From the NCBI GenBank assembly GCA_030059665.1, contig JANVYR010000003.1, positions 63,716-127,715 on the forward strand: a DNA stretch of 64,000 nucleotides. Direction: 5' to 3'. Made by a program: the position numbers and the translations under genes. Below are positions 1 through 9,448 of this stretch, one piece after another. Under the pieces are notes generated by a model. The model was not told where the DNA came from and made no database searches. It worked only from the letters and a program-made list of their open reading frames with translations. The stretch's first letter is position 1. Every line of letters begins with the position of its first letter. Source of the DNA: Candidatus Calditenuis fumarioli. Its GTDB lineage: Archaea; Thermoproteota; Nitrososphaeria_A; Caldarchaeales; Calditenuaceae.

Positions 1-1806
1 CTGGTCCAGAAGAACGTCATCCCGGTGCTGTTCTTCGGGAACCTCTTCAACTTCGCGGTCCTCCAGACCAGGCCCTCCGGAGTGGTCAAGATCACCCCGA
101 AGACGAAGCTCGTCATCCACAGCAGGCCCGTCCAGGAGAAGACGCTCAGCACCAACGTCACCTACGAGGACATAGGAGGTCTCCACGAGCAGATCCAGAA
201 GATCAGGGAGATGGTGGAGCTGCCGCTGAGGTACCCCGAGCTCTTCCAGAAGCTGGGCATAGACCCGCCGAAGGGAGTCCTCCTCTACGGTCCACCGGGA
301 TGCGGCAAGACGCTCCTCGCGAAGGCCGTGGCGACTGAGGCGGAGGCGAACTTCTTCCTGATCAACGGCCCCGAGATCATGAACAAGTACTACGGCGAGA
401 CCGAGGCGAAGCTCAGGGAGATTTTCAGGAAGGCGGAGGAGGAGGCGCCGAGCATCATCTTCATCGACGAGATCGACGCGATCGCGCCGAAGAGGAGCGA
501 GGTCACCGGTGAGGTCGAGAAGAGGGTCGTCGCCCAGCTGCTGGCGCTGATGGACGGCCTCGAGAGCCGAGGACAGGTGATCGTGATAGGCGCCACGAAC
601 AGGCCGAACGCGCTCGATCCGGCGCTGAGGAGGCCGGGGAGGTTCGACAGGGAGATCGAGATCGGCATACCCGACAAGAAGGGGAGGAAGGAGATACTGC
701 AGATACACATGAGGGGGATGCCGCTGGCCCCGGACGTGGACATCGACAAGCTCGCGGAGATCACCAAGGGCTACACCGGCGCCGACCTCGCGGCGCTCTG
801 CAGGGAGGCCGCAATGAAGTGCATCCGCCGGATCCTCCCGAGCATCGACTTCAACGAGGAGAAGCTGTCGCCCGAGATACTGGACCAGCTGGTGGTGACG
901 ATGAAGGACTTCATGGAGGCCTACAAGGAGATCACGCCAACGGCCCTCAGGGAGGTCGAGATTGAGACGCCCAACGTCAGCTGGGACGACATCGGCGGGC
1001 TCGAGGACGTGAAGCAGAAGCTGATCGAGTCGATCGAGTGGCCGATGAAGTACGCTGACAGGTTCGAGAAGCTCGGCATCAAGCCTCCCAAGGGAGTCCT
1101 CCTCTACGGTCCACCGGGATGCGGCAAGACGCTCCTCGCGAAGGCCGTGGCCACCGAGTCGGAGGCCAACTTCATCACCATCAAGGGCCCCGAGATCTAC
1201 TCGAAGTGGGTCGGCGAGTCCGAGAGGGCCATCAGGGAGGTCTTCAGGAAGGCGAGGCAGGCGGCTCCGTGCGTGATATTCCTGGACGAGATAGAGACGC
1301 TGATCCCGAGGCGCGACATGCTCGACGACAGCTCCGGCGTTGCACATCGGGTGACCAGCACCCTGCTCGCGGAGATGGACGGGATCGAGGAGCTGAGGGA
1401 CGTGATCGTGATAGGTGCCACCAACAGACCCGACATGATGGACCCGTCGGCCCTCAGGCCCGGAAGGTTCGACCGGCTGATCTACGTTCCTCCGCCCGAC
1501 GAGAAGGGAAGGCTCCAGATACTGAAGATCTACACGAGGAAGATGCCTCTGGCGCAGGACGTCGACCTTGCCAAGCTCGCGGCCATGACGGAGGGTTACT
1601 CGGGCGCTGACCTCGAATCCCTGTGCCGTGAGGCCGGTCTTGCGGCGCTGAGGAGGAGCCCCGATGCGGAGGTGGTGACCTGGGCAGACTTCCAGGAGGC
1701 GCTGAACCTCGTCAAGCCGAGCATAACCCCGCAGATGCTGAAGGAGTACGAGAAGATCTCGGAGGTCCTGAGGAGCTCCGAAAGGCCCTTGGTCATGATC
1801 GGTTAA
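1..1806 (+). CDS. cdc48: CDC48/VCP-like AAA+ ATPase with tandem D1 and D2 AAA domains; the 5' end lies outside the window
   Basis: Frame 1 is open from base 1; the track ORF 25..1806 begins at an internal GTG. Two full AAA modules are present: Walker A GPPGCGKT twice, Walker B IIFIDEID and VIFLDEIE, and GATNRP...RPGRFD twice. Confidence 0.93.
   Translation: MVQKNVIPVLFFGNLFNFAVLQTRPSGVVKITPKTKLVIHSRPVQEKTLSTNVTYEDIGGLHEQIQKIREMVELPLRYPELFQKLGIDPPKGVLLYGPPGCGKTLLAKAVATEAEANFFLINGPEIMNKYYGETEAKLREIFRKAEEEAPSIIFIDEIDAIAPKRSEVTGEVEKRVVAQLLALMDGLESRGQVIVIGATNRPNALDPALRRPGRFDREIEIGIPDKKGRKEILQIHMRGMPLAPDVDIDKLAEITKGYTGADLAALCREAAMKCIRRILPSIDFNEEKLSPEILDQLVVTMKDFMEAYKEITPTALREVEIETPNVSWDDIGGLEDVKQKLIESIEWPMKYADRFEKLGIKPPKGVLLYGPPGCGKTLLAKAVATESEANFITIKGPEIYSKWVGESERAIREVFRKARQAAPCVIFLDEIETLIPRRDMLDDSSGVAHRVTSTLLAEMDGIEELRDVIVIGATNRPDMMDPSALRPGRFDRLIYVPPPDEKGRLQILKIYTRKMPLAQDVDLAKLAAMTEGYSGADLESLCREAGLAALRRSPDAEVVTWADFQEALNLVKPSITPQMLKEYEKISEVLRSSERPLVMIG
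271..332 (+). repeat. Copy A of a 62-nt perfect direct repeat inside cdc48 (D1 Walker A region)
   Basis: aagggagtcctcctctacggtccaccgggatgcggcaagacgctcctcgcgaaggccgtggc is identical to 1090..1151. The flanks diverge immediately on both sides. Confidence 0.95.
1090..1151 (+). repeat. Copy B of the 62-nt perfect direct repeat inside cdc48 (D2 Walker A region)
   Basis: Identical to 271..332. The offset is 819 nt = 273 codons, in frame. Both copies encode [21 protein letters not shown]. Confidence 0.95.
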
Positions 1807-1811
1807 GCGCG

Positions 1812-2033
1812 ATGCCCAGCGCCGATCTCCTGGCTTCCGTGACCGAGACCCTGAGGAGGAACGGGGGGAAGATGATGGAGTCCCAGCTTCTCAAGGCGCT
1901 TCAGGCGAAGGGAAGGGACCTGAGCCTCTCCGACCTCAGGAGGGCCCTGCTGGTGCTGGAGCTGAACAACGTCCTCAGGGTCCACAGCCTCGACGAGGAG
2001 AGGAAGCTGGTCACCCTCGTGGGCGTGAAGTGA
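1812..2033 (+). CDS. Small hypothetical protein (73 aa), helix-rich, possibly winged-helix-like
   Basis: The ATG lies 5 nt after the cdc48 stop. Its GC3-rich codon usage matches neighbouring genes. I recognise no family by eye. Confidence 0.45.
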   Translation: MPSADLLASVTETLRRNGGKMMESQLLKALQAKGRDLSLSDLRRALLVLELNNVLRVHSLDEERKLVTLVGVK

Positions 2034-2069
2034 CCTCCGCACAGTAACCCCTCGGATCCCCTTTTCCGT

Positions 2070-3104
2070 TCAGAACCACTGGTCCAGCCTCGTCTCGCCT
2101 GCGGACTTCCTCTGCCTCTCCAGCAGCTCCCTCATCGCCTTCTCCACCCTCTCCTCGGAGAAGTCGTGTTCGTCGCAGAGGACCCTCTTAACCCGCTCCG
2201 GGTCGATGGGCCTCCACTCGAGCCTGAAGTCGTCGGTCACCTGGGGGTTCAGGAAGAGCCTGCGGACCTCCTCGATGTCGACCTCAGGGACGACGTTCAG
2301 CGCCCTCAGCGCCCTCTCCGCGGTCCCGAACTCCCTGATCAGCTGGAGAGCCCTCTTCGGGCCGACGCCCTTGACGCCCTCGAAGTAGTCGGTCCCTATC
2401 AGGATGGCCACGTCTATCAGCTGCTCCCGCGTGAGACCGAGGGCGCTGAACAGCCTATCCGACCTCACCAGCTCCGGGCTGACCTCGACGTACTCCTTCC
2501 TGCCGGGAAGCTTCCTCCTGCCGACGACGGAGAGGTTCCTGACGAGCCTGGGGGAGCCGAAGAGGATCGAGTCGTAGTCCTGGGACGCGGAGGCCCAGAC
2601 GTGGCCCTTCGCTGCCATGTAGGCCGCCTGCGCCTCCCCCTCCGACGGGGCCATGACGTAGGGGACACCCATTGCTTCCAGGAGCTCCTTGGCGGATTGG
2701 AGCATGTACTCCTCCAGGGTGGCCGTCTGGGTCGCGTACCTCCTCGCGGCCTCCAAGTCGCCCGACATCAGGGCCTTCTCGTACCTCTCGGCCGCGGCTT
2801 TCTTCGCCTCCAACCTCCTCCGTATCGTCTCCTTCTTCAGCTCCGGTGGCTGGCCGTCGAAGACGTAGACGACCCTGACGTTCTCCTCCAGGAGGTTGAC
2901 GGTCCTGAAGAAGAGGCCGCTGAGGTGGCTGGTTACCCTTCCCCTGCTGTCCATGAGAGGCCTCCCGTCGGGCCCCCTGATGATCGAGAGGAACTGGTAG
3001 AGCGCGTTGAAGCCGTCGATGGCGACCGACTTGCCGTTGAAGAACTGAAGGCTGACCTCCTCCACCGCCTCTGGAGGAATTATGTCGCCCAGCTTGACGC
3101 CCAA
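2070..3104 (-). CDS. fen: Flap endonuclease 1
   Basis: N-terminus MGVKLGDIIPPE with XPG-N/XPG-I type acidic residues. The C-terminal PCNA-binding-like tail is TRLDQWF. The start codon is TTG (caa at 3102-3104 on the plus strand). Confidence 0.93.
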   Translation of the reverse strand: MGVKLGDIIPPEAVEEVSLQFFNGKSVAIDGFNALYQFLSIIRGPDGRPLMDSRGRVTSHLSGLFFRTVNLLEENVRVVYVFDGQPPELKKETIRRRLEAKKAAAERYEKALMSGDLEAARRYATQTATLEEYMLQSAKELLEAMGVPYVMAPSEGEAQAAYMAAKGHVWASASQDYDSILFGSPRLVRNLSVVGRRKLPGRKEYVEVSPELVRSDRLFSALGLTREQLIDVAILIGTDYFEGVKGVGPKRALQLIREFGTAERALRALNVVPEVDIEEVRRLFLNPQVTDDFRLEWRPIDPERVKRVLCDEHDFSEERVEKAMRELLERQRKSAGETRLDQWF

Positions 3105-3242
3105 CCCGCAAATTTCACCTCACAGCCCTGTTAAAGCTTTGCCCAAGGGAGCTCGTTCAGGAGGTCAAGTCCGGAAGGAGCCGTCGAACGCGGATTGAGG
3201 TTGTGCGGTGACCCGTGCCTCCGCGTGACGACCAAGGGCGGT

Positions 3243-4367
3243 TCAGCAGATCCCCGTCTCCTCGAGCAGCTCGGAGACCGTCTCCCTCCCGGGGCGCTTC
3301 AGGTGGAGCAGCGTTGTCCTTTCGGGCCTGACCTCCGGCGCCCTCAGCACCGCCTCGACGACGTCCTCACGCGTGAGACCGAGCTCTAGGAAGGAGGTCG
3401 GAGCGCCGGCTACACTGAGGAGCTCTAGGACGGAGCCCCAGCTGAACCTCGGGTCCCTCCACCAACCGCCGTTATGGGACTGGTGGTAACGGGACATCAG
3501 CACCGTCGCGAGCGCCACCTGCTCGCCGTGAAGGCCCTTCGACTTGCCGAGCGCGTCTATCTGATGCGAGATCATGTGCTCCGAGCCAGAGGCCGGCCTC
3601 GAGGAGCCGACGAGGGCCATCGCCGCGCCCGAGAGGAGCAGGCCCCTGAGGAGGACCAGCGCGTCCCGCATCCCTCCGTAGACGAAGTCGATCGCGCACT
3701 CGATCGCCTCCAGCTCCGCCGCGTAGGCCCTTCTGCAGACGATCTCGCCCGCGTGCAGCTCGCCCAGCTCCCAGTCCTTGAGGGCGGTCAGCTTCGCCAG
3801 CAGGTCACCGGCACCGGCCGCCTTGAGCCTGCGGGGTGAGGAACTGAGAACGCCCGCGTCTGCCACCACCGCCACAGGCCCGGTTGCCGGGACGCTAGCC
3901 CTGTGGCTCCTGCCCCGGAAGGCGACCGAGGCGACGGGAGAGGCGATGCCGTCGTGGGAGAGCGTGGTGGGAACCGAGATGAAGGGTTTGCCGGACCAGT
4001 GGGCTGCCAGCTTGCAGACGTCGATCACCGTTCCGCCGCCGACCGCAACCCCAACGGAGGCCCGTCCCATGAGCTCCTTGAGGCGCAGCGCGTTCCCCTC
4101 GTCGGCCCTGCTGACCGAGAACCCCACCACCTCGATGCCCCGGGACCTGAGGAAGCCCTCGATGGACGACGCGAGGACGGAGTACGTGACCTCATCGTAG
4201 GCGAGCGCCACGGGACCCGAAAGACCGAGCTCCTTCAGGACCTCCAGCAGGACCTGGGGAGCGTCGCCTTCTGTCACCAGCGCCCTTGCGGTCCTCGGCA
4301 TTACCGGATGGCAGGAGCACCCGACGCCGCTCAGCCTCCCCTCGATCTCGGTCGTGATGTCCCTCAA
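3243..4367 (-). CDS. egsA: Glycerol-1-phosphate dehydrogenase [NAD(P)+] (iron-type alcohol dehydrogenase fold)
   Basis: Motifs GGGTVIDVCKLAA and PTTLSHDGIASP; length is about 350-370 aa. The TTG at 4367 overlaps the upstream stop (TTGA). An alternative ATG is at 4301. Confidence 0.85.
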   Translation of the reverse strand: MRDITTEIEGRLSGVGCSCHPVMPRTARALVTEGDAPQVLLEVLKELGLSGPVALAYDEVTYSVLASSIEGFLRSRGIEVVGFSVSRADEGNALRLKELMGRASVGVAVGGGTVIDVCKLAAHWSGKPFISVPTTLSHDGIASPVASVAFRGRSHRASVPATGPVAVVADAGVLSSSPRRLKAAGAGDLLAKLTALKDWELGELHAGEIVCRRAYAAELEAIECAIDFVYGGMRDALVLLRGLLLSGAAMALVGSSRPASGSEHMISHQIDALGKSKGLHGEQVALATVLMSRYHQSHNGGWWRDPRFSWGSVLELLSVAGAPTSFLELGLTREDVVEAVLRAPEVRPERTTLLHLKRPGRETVSELLEETGIC

Positions 4368-5380
4368 GCCGACCGCGCTCCGGCCATCAGGTCACCGACG
4401 ATCGCCGCGGACCTCCTCAGCCTCGAGGCCCGGATGCCGGCTATCTGCGATATCAGCTCGCAGCTCCTGCAGACCTCGCGGAAAGTGGGCGACCCGCAGA
4501 CCCCGCACCTTCCCCCTCCCTCTCCGACCTTCCTGTCCTCCTGGAGGCCCGAGATCAGGCGGCCCTCGATCGCCATCAGCGCCGCGTACAGGGAGCCGGG
4601 GAACCTCTCCTCGAACTCGGTGAGGAAGGACCTGATCAGCGCCCTCTGCGAGAGGTGGCCGTAGGGGCACTCGACCTCCTGCATCGGTATCCCCGTGTAG
4701 ACCGCATAGAGGATCACCTCCCTCTGGGGCGTGAGCCTGAACGGCGAGACCCTCGGCAGCACGCCCTCGCTCTCCCTTCTCAGGCCCAACGGCTGGTGGT
4801 TCAGGTCCCCCCTCAGGAGGTTCATCAGGTACGTCTGGACTATGTCGTCGAGCGTGTGGGCCGTAGCTATCACCGTGGCTCCGGCCTTCATCGCGCCCAG
4901 CTCTATCGCCCTCCTCCGCATGACCCCGCACACCGTGCAAGGGCCCAGCCCGAGCTCGTCGAGGTAGCCGTCCCTGACCGCCTCGTCCATCGTCAGCCCG
5001 TAAAGCTCGCTGAAGGAGACCAAGACCTGCTCGACGCCGAGCTCCTCGCAGACCCTCCTCGCGTACTCCAGGGCCTCCTCCCTGTACCCGGATATCCCCT
5101 CGTCGACCGTGACCGCTACCAGCCTCGCCCTCGGGAACCTCCGCTCTATCTTCGCGAGGACCTTCAGGAGCGCGATGCTGTCCTTTCCTCCTGAGAGGGC
5201 GACCGCGATCGTGTCGTCCTCCCTCAGCATGTCGTACCTCGTTATGGTCCGGTAGACCCTCCGCTCGAAGGTCTCGAGGAAGCAGGCCCTGCAGAGCCTC
5301 TCCCCCGAGTACCGCCTGACGTAGACGACCCCAGCCCTACCGCACCTGCTGCAGGCGTTCTCCATCCGCCGGGTTGGCAT
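4364..5380 (-). CDS. PP-loop tRNA 2-thiolation ATPase of the TtuA/NcsA (Ctu1) family
   Basis: PP-loop SGGKDS; N-terminal CSRCG...CRACF and C-terminal CGVCG...CRSC zinc fingers; cluster cysteines in GPCTVCG. The track ORF extends to 5623 but that extension overlaps aglB on the other strand. In-frame ATGs are at 5380 and 5365. Confidence 0.8.
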   Translation of the reverse strand: MPTRRMENACSRCGRAGVVYVRRYSGERLCRACFLETFERRVYRTITRYDMLREDDTIAVALSGGKDSIALLKVLAKIERRFPRARLVAVTVDEGISGYREEALEYARRVCEELGVEQVLVSFSELYGLTMDEAVRDGYLDELGLGPCTVCGVMRRRAIELGAMKAGATVIATAHTLDDIVQTYLMNLLRGDLNHQPLGLRRESEGVLPRVSPFRLTPQREVILYAVYTGIPMQEVECPYGHLSQRALIRSFLTEFEERFPGSLYAALMAIEGRLISGLQEDRKVGEGGGRCGVCGSPTFREVCRSCELISQIAGIRASRLRRSAAIVGDLMAGARSA

Positions 5381-5495
5381 CCAGCTCCTCGGTAATGAGC
5401 TTCGCTCCGCAGGACGCCTCTCCCAAAGAGCGCGGCGCTCGACCGTCCCGAGGTTCTCCTCATATATCGCCCGGGTGAGCTCGTGGGGGATCGGG

Positions 5496-7616
5496 ATGTC
5501 GGCCAGGCTTGCGGCGGGTCTGCGCTCCGTGTACGACGTCCTCAGGTCAATCGACAGGCGCGTCAGGGGCCTGGCTCTGGTGGAGCTGGCCGTGCTGGCG
5601 CTGGCGGTCTCGACGGCCTTCATGGTCAGGGTTCTTCCCGGTAGGTGGGGGCCCCTCCTGAGCGAGTTCGACCCCTGGTGGCACTACACCGTCGCCAGGA
5701 TGATCATAGAACGGGGCTGGTCCGGATTCTTCGAGTTCAGGAACCTCGTCGACACGATGTCGTGGTACCCTACCGGCCTGAACGTCGGCAGCACCTTCTA
5801 CCCCGGAGTCTCCTTCGCGATGGCCTTCATCTACCTCGTCCTGAGCGGCCTCGGCATCAGCATCCAGCCCCTCGAGCTCGCGGCGGCCCTTCCGGTCTTC
5901 TACGGCATGGTGACGGTCGTGGTGATCTACCTCTTCGCGAGGTACCTGTTGGGCAGGGGACCGGCCCTGGCCGCGGCGCTTCTGCTAGCGGTGAGCAACG
6001 CCCACATCTCCAGGACCCACTACGGCTGGTTCGACGACGAGGCCCTATCGATACCGCTGATGCACGCGGGCTTCCTCCTCTTCCTGGTCGCGATCAACGA
6101 GCGGAGGTCCCTGAAGGGTGCTGCGATCTACGGTCTCCTGGCCGGTCTCTCCATCGGAGGCGTAGTGGCCACCTGGGGGGCCCACAGGCTGGTGATCGTC
6201 CTGATCCCGGTCTACGCCGCGCTGCTGGTCTTCCTCGGGCGCTTCAGGCCCAACCTCCTGGTGGCCTACCTGGTAACCTTCGCGACCTACGCGTTCGTCG
6301 CGGTGAACGTCCCCAAGCTCGGCCCAGGCTACTTCAAAGAGCTGAGCATGGCGGTCGGCTGGCTGGTCATCCCGTACCTCCTCCTCGGCCTCTACGCTCA
6401 CCGGAGGTTGGACGAGACCAAGAGGTTGCTGGTGGTTCGGGGTACGGCGATCCTCGTTGCGGTCGTGTTCGTCGTCCTGCTCGCGCTCGGCTCGCTGGGC
6501 CTACCCCTGCTCAAGTTCTTCTCGGTTCTGGTCCCGGCGCTGAGGGGCGCGCTGCCGATAGTCCAGTCAGTCGCGGAGAACCAGCTCGCCACGTGGGGAT
6601 CGCTCTTCCTCGACTTCGGCCCGGCTCTCTCGTTCGCGCTCCTGGGGATCTACCTGCTGGTGAAGAGGGGGACCGACGAGGCGATCTTCCTGCTGCTGTA
6701 CGCCGCCGCGGCCCTTTACGCTGCAGGCTCGATGGTGAGGCTTGCCCTGCCGACGTCACCGCTCGTCGTGGTCCTCGCCGGGCTCGGGCTCTCCCACCTC
6801 CTCGAGAGCTCCTTCAGGTCGGCCTTCGCGGTCCAGCTGAGGAGGCCCTCGTTCCAGGGAAGGACCTTCGTCGCCGTTCCACTTGTGGCGCTCCTGGTCC
6901 TCTCGCTTTACTACCTCCCGAGCGGCGCGGGCAACACGCTTCAGCTCTCCGGCATCGACGCGGCGAACGTCCCACCGACGGTCCTCACCAGCAGCGTCCC
7001 CACCAGGCAGCCGCTCCTCGACTGGGTTAGGGCAGCCGAGTGGATGAAGTACAACCTCCCGCCGACGGCGGTCGTCGCCTCCTGGTGGGACTACGGCAAC
7101 TGGATATCAAGGCTCGGAGAGCGCAAGAGCATCGTCGACAACACTACCATCGACAGCAAGCGGATAGCGCTGATCGGATACGCATTCATGTCGCCGCCTA
7201 ACGTCAGCAAGGCCATCTTCCGGGAGCTCGGAGCAACGCACGTCCTGATCTTCATCACGTTCGCGCCATTCGTTGGGGGAACGCAGGGAGGGCAGCTGCT
7301 CTACTTCGGCGACGAGTCGAAGTGGTACTGGATGCTGAAGATAGCCAACCAGGAGGCGAAGAACCTGGGCCTCCAGCCGATCGACGAGAACAGCCTCCTC
7401 GGCCCCGGCGGCTCTCCGGTCAACGCGCAGGACAAGTTCTGGCAGCAGACCACGCTCGGGCTGATGATACCCTACAGGCCCGTCAGGACAGGGACCCAGA
7501 CCTACTTCGTCTACGATCCCCAGGACATCCCAGGGTTCAGACTCGTCTACTCATCGAGCCCGCCGTACAGCACGAACACCTACGCCTACGTCTACATCTA
7601 CGAGATAACGGATTGA
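5496..7616 (+). CDS. aglB: Archaeal oligosaccharyltransferase AglB (STT3 family)
   Basis: Multi-TM N-terminal half and a WWDYGNW motif in the C-terminal globular half. The ORF opens at GTG 5475; the first ATG is at 5496. Confidence 0.9.
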   Translation: MSARLAAGLRSVYDVLRSIDRRVRGLALVELAVLALAVSTAFMVRVLPGRWGPLLSEFDPWWHYTVARMIIERGWSGFFEFRNLVDTMSWYPTGLNVGSTFYPGVSFAMAFIYLVLSGLGISIQPLELAAALPVFYGMVTVVVIYLFARYLLGRGPALAAALLLAVSNAHISRTHYGWFDDEALSIPLMHAGFLLFLVAINERRSLKGAAIYGLLAGLSIGGVVATWGAHRLVIVLIPVYAALLVFLGRFRPNLLVAYLVTFATYAFVAVNVPKLGPGYFKELSMAVGWLVIPYLLLGLYAHRRLDETKRLLVVRGTAILVAVVFVVLLALGSLGLPLLKFFSVLVPALRGALPIVQSVAENQLATWGSLFLDFGPALSFALLGIYLLVKRGTDEAIFLLLYAAAALYAAGSMVRLALPTSPLVVVLAGLGLSHLLESSFRSAFAVQLRRPSFQGRTFVAVPLVALLVLSLYYLPSGAGNTLQLSGIDAANVPPTVLTSSVPTRQPLLDWVRAAEWMKYNLPPTAVVASWWDYGNWISRLGERKSIVDNTTIDSKRIALIGYAFMSPPNVSKAIFRELGATHVLIFITFAPFVGGTQGGQLLYFGDESKWYWMLKIANQEAKNLGLQPIDENSLLGPGGSPVNAQDKFWQQTTLGLMIPYRPVRTGTQTYFVYDPQDIPGFRLVYSSSPPYSTNTYAYVYIYEITD

Positions 7617-7625
7617 GATCGGCTC

Positions 7626-8375
7626 TCAGCCGATGTAGGTCGGACCTCCCTCGCGCCTCTCGGTCTCTCCGGTCTCGGTGAAGGCCTCCTCCATCTGTTT
7701 GAGGAAGGCCTGCTGCCTGGCGATCTCCTCGTCGAGCTTGCTCGTATCGATCTGGATCTGGAGCAGCGAGGACATCACCTGGAGGAGCCTCTTCGCCGAC
7801 CTGAAGTCGGGGAGGATCCCCTCGGTGTCCGCCAGCAACAGCAGCGTCTTGATCCCTTTGGTCATGGCCCTCCGCATCAGGGACGATGTCAGCCGGTCGA
7901 CAGGCAGCGCCTCCACCGACGAAAGGACCTTAGCTCCGCTCTCGATCGCCCTCCTCAAAACCGCTGGGTCGTTGGAGGCCGCGTAGACGTCGCCGGTTCC
8001 GGTGAGCCTGCCGCTCGTGACGACCATCAGCAGCTCGACGTCATCTAATCCGATCCGCTCGATCACGCTGCGCGCAACAGACTCTCCCGCCTCGGTCGAC
8101 TCGACGATGAAGTTCCTGGTGAGGACGATCGCGTTGAGTCCGTCGGAGAGCTGGTGGAGCTCGACCACCGGGAGGCTCGAGACGCCCTCGGAGTCTATCA
8201 GGGAGACCTGGGGGAAGTGGGGCGAGAAGACCCTCAGCACCTTCTCCCCTTTCCGGGACTCGAGCAGCACCGTAGCCGATACCAGCCCAACCGCTCCCGG
8301 CGAAGGGCCCACGTCGATCAGGACCTTCCTGCCCCGCGCGATCGATCCGTGCTCCTCGATCAGCTCGAAGACCAA
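7626..8375 (-). CDS. PAC2-family (proteasome assembly chaperone-like, PbaA/PbaB type) protein
   Basis: N-terminal pattern VLIDVGPSPGAVGLVSATVLLE...VFSPHFPQVSLIDSEG is typical of archaeal PAC2 proteins. The C-terminus has a coiled segment and a flexible tail. Assigned by recall of the family pattern only. Confidence 0.65.
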   Translation of the reverse strand: MVFELIEEHGSIARGRKVLIDVGPSPGAVGLVSATVLLESRKGEKVLRVFSPHFPQVSLIDSEGVSSLPVVELHQLSDGLNAIVLTRNFIVESTEAGESVARSVIERIGLDDVELLMVVTSGRLTGTGDVYAASNDPAVLRRAIESGAKVLSSVEALPVDRLTSSLMRRAMTKGIKTLLLLADTEGILPDFRSAKRLLQVMSSLLQIQIDTSKLDEEIARQQAFLKQMEEAFTETGETERREGGPTYIG

Positions 8376-8551
8376 ACGCCCTCACCGGTTTTCATCTCCG
8401 CAGGATAATAAGATTCCATGGTCCACCTGGGGACGGCACGGGAAGAGGGAGCTGTGGTTCGGCGAGCCGCTGTCGACCGTTGGAGGGCTTTGCGAGCGAG
8501 AGGTGATTTTGCGAAAACACGAGGGGTTTGTGGCGCTGTGCCTCTTCCCGG

Positions 8552-8977
8552 CTACGGCGGGTATATCTTGATCGCGAGGACGGGGCAAGCGGACTCGCAG
8601 GCCATGCAGAAGATGCAGTCCGACTCCCTCACCGGGTCCGACTTGTCGGTCCTGTACTTCTCCCAGAGCTCCTTGTCCTTCTCCGGGTCGATCACCCTGT
8701 CCTTGCCGCTCCCGGACTGGCCGGGGTTCAGGGCCCACTCGAAGACGTTGACGGGGCAGACGTCCATGCAGGCGCCGTCGGCGACGCAGGAGTCCCAGTC
8801 AACCGCAACGACTGAGCCGTGGACCCCCAGCTTGGTCGGATACGGCTTCCCTTCCGCGTCGAGCCTCTGGACGCCCTCGCCCCAGACGTCGTGGTTGTGG
8901 TGCGTCCCGGTCTTCGGGAGCTTGCTCTTGTAGTCCGGGTCTATTGGGGCCGACTTGAAGTCGACGGGCCTGACCAT
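8552..8977 (-). CDS. zfx: Zinc-containing dicluster (7Fe-type) ferredoxin, Sulfolobus type
   Basis: Close to Sulfolobus ferredoxin. It has the N-terminal His-rich extension (THHNHD...LGVHG) and two cluster motifs, CVADGACMDVCP and CIFCMACESACP. It ends IKIYPP. Confidence 0.9.
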   Translation of the reverse strand: MVRPVDFKSAPIDPDYKSKLPKTGTHHNHDVWGEGVQRLDAEGKPYPTKLGVHGSVVAVDWDSCVADGACMDVCPVNVFEWALNPGQSGSGKDRVIDPEKDKELWEKYRTDKSDPVRESDCIFCMACESACPVLAIKIYPP

Positions 8978-9076
8978 CGCGTCTCTTTCCGAGATAACCT
9001 GAGATATAAATGAGAATCGTCGACCTGAGTTCGTTTCGACGCGCGGAATTACCGGACCGGCATCCGCTGAGGCGCG

Positions 9077-9448
9077 CTAAGTTGGACGCCTGGCTCCCGA
9101 GGGAGCTGACGGGTCGGTCGGCTCGAGCTCCCTGAAGAAGCAGGTCCTGTTGCCGGTGTGGCACGCGGGCCCCTTCGGCCTGACGAGGTAGAGCAGGGCG
9201 TCGCCGTCGCAGTCGACCAGGACCTTCACGACCTCCATCTCGTTCCCGGACTCCTCTCCCTTCCTCCAGAGCTTCCGCCTCGACCTGCTCCAGAAGTAGG
9301 CCTTTCGCTCCGCGAGCGTCCTGCGCACCGCCTCTTCGTTCGCGAAGGCCACCATCAGCACCTCACCCGAATCGTGGTCCTGGACCACCACCGTCACAAG
9401 GCCGTTCAGCTTGGAGAAGTCGAGCGAGTCCAGTCCGGCCGAGCTCAC
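9077..9448 (-). CDS. hisI: Phosphoribosyl-AMP cyclohydrolase
   Basis: VVQDHDSGEVLMVAFANEEA...FWSRSRRKLWRKGEESGN...DCDGDALL...GPACHTG. There is a 4-nt overlap with the hisF stop. Confidence 0.9.
   Translation of the reverse strand: MSSAGLDSLDFSKLNGLVTVVVQDHDSGEVLMVAFANEEAVRRTLAERKAYFWSRSRRKLWRKGEESGNEMEVVKVLVDCDGDALLYLVRPKGPACHTGNRTCFFRELEPTDPSAPSGARRPT

Noticed and set aside
2166-3134. 322-aa ORF on the plus strand antisense to fen1
   Set aside because: The translation is Pro/Arg/Gly/Leu-rich low-complexity sequence typical of the antisense frame of GC3-rich genes. The opposite strand encodes a full-length, clearly recognisable FEN1.
7626-8375. C-terminal HbYX proteasome-gate-opening motif on the PAC2-like protein (ends PTYIG), and likewise on Cdc48 (ends LVMIG)
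   Set aside because: HbYX needs Tyr at the penultimate position. In the PAC2-like protein the Tyr is third from the end, and Cdc48 has none, so the motif is not supported by the sequence.
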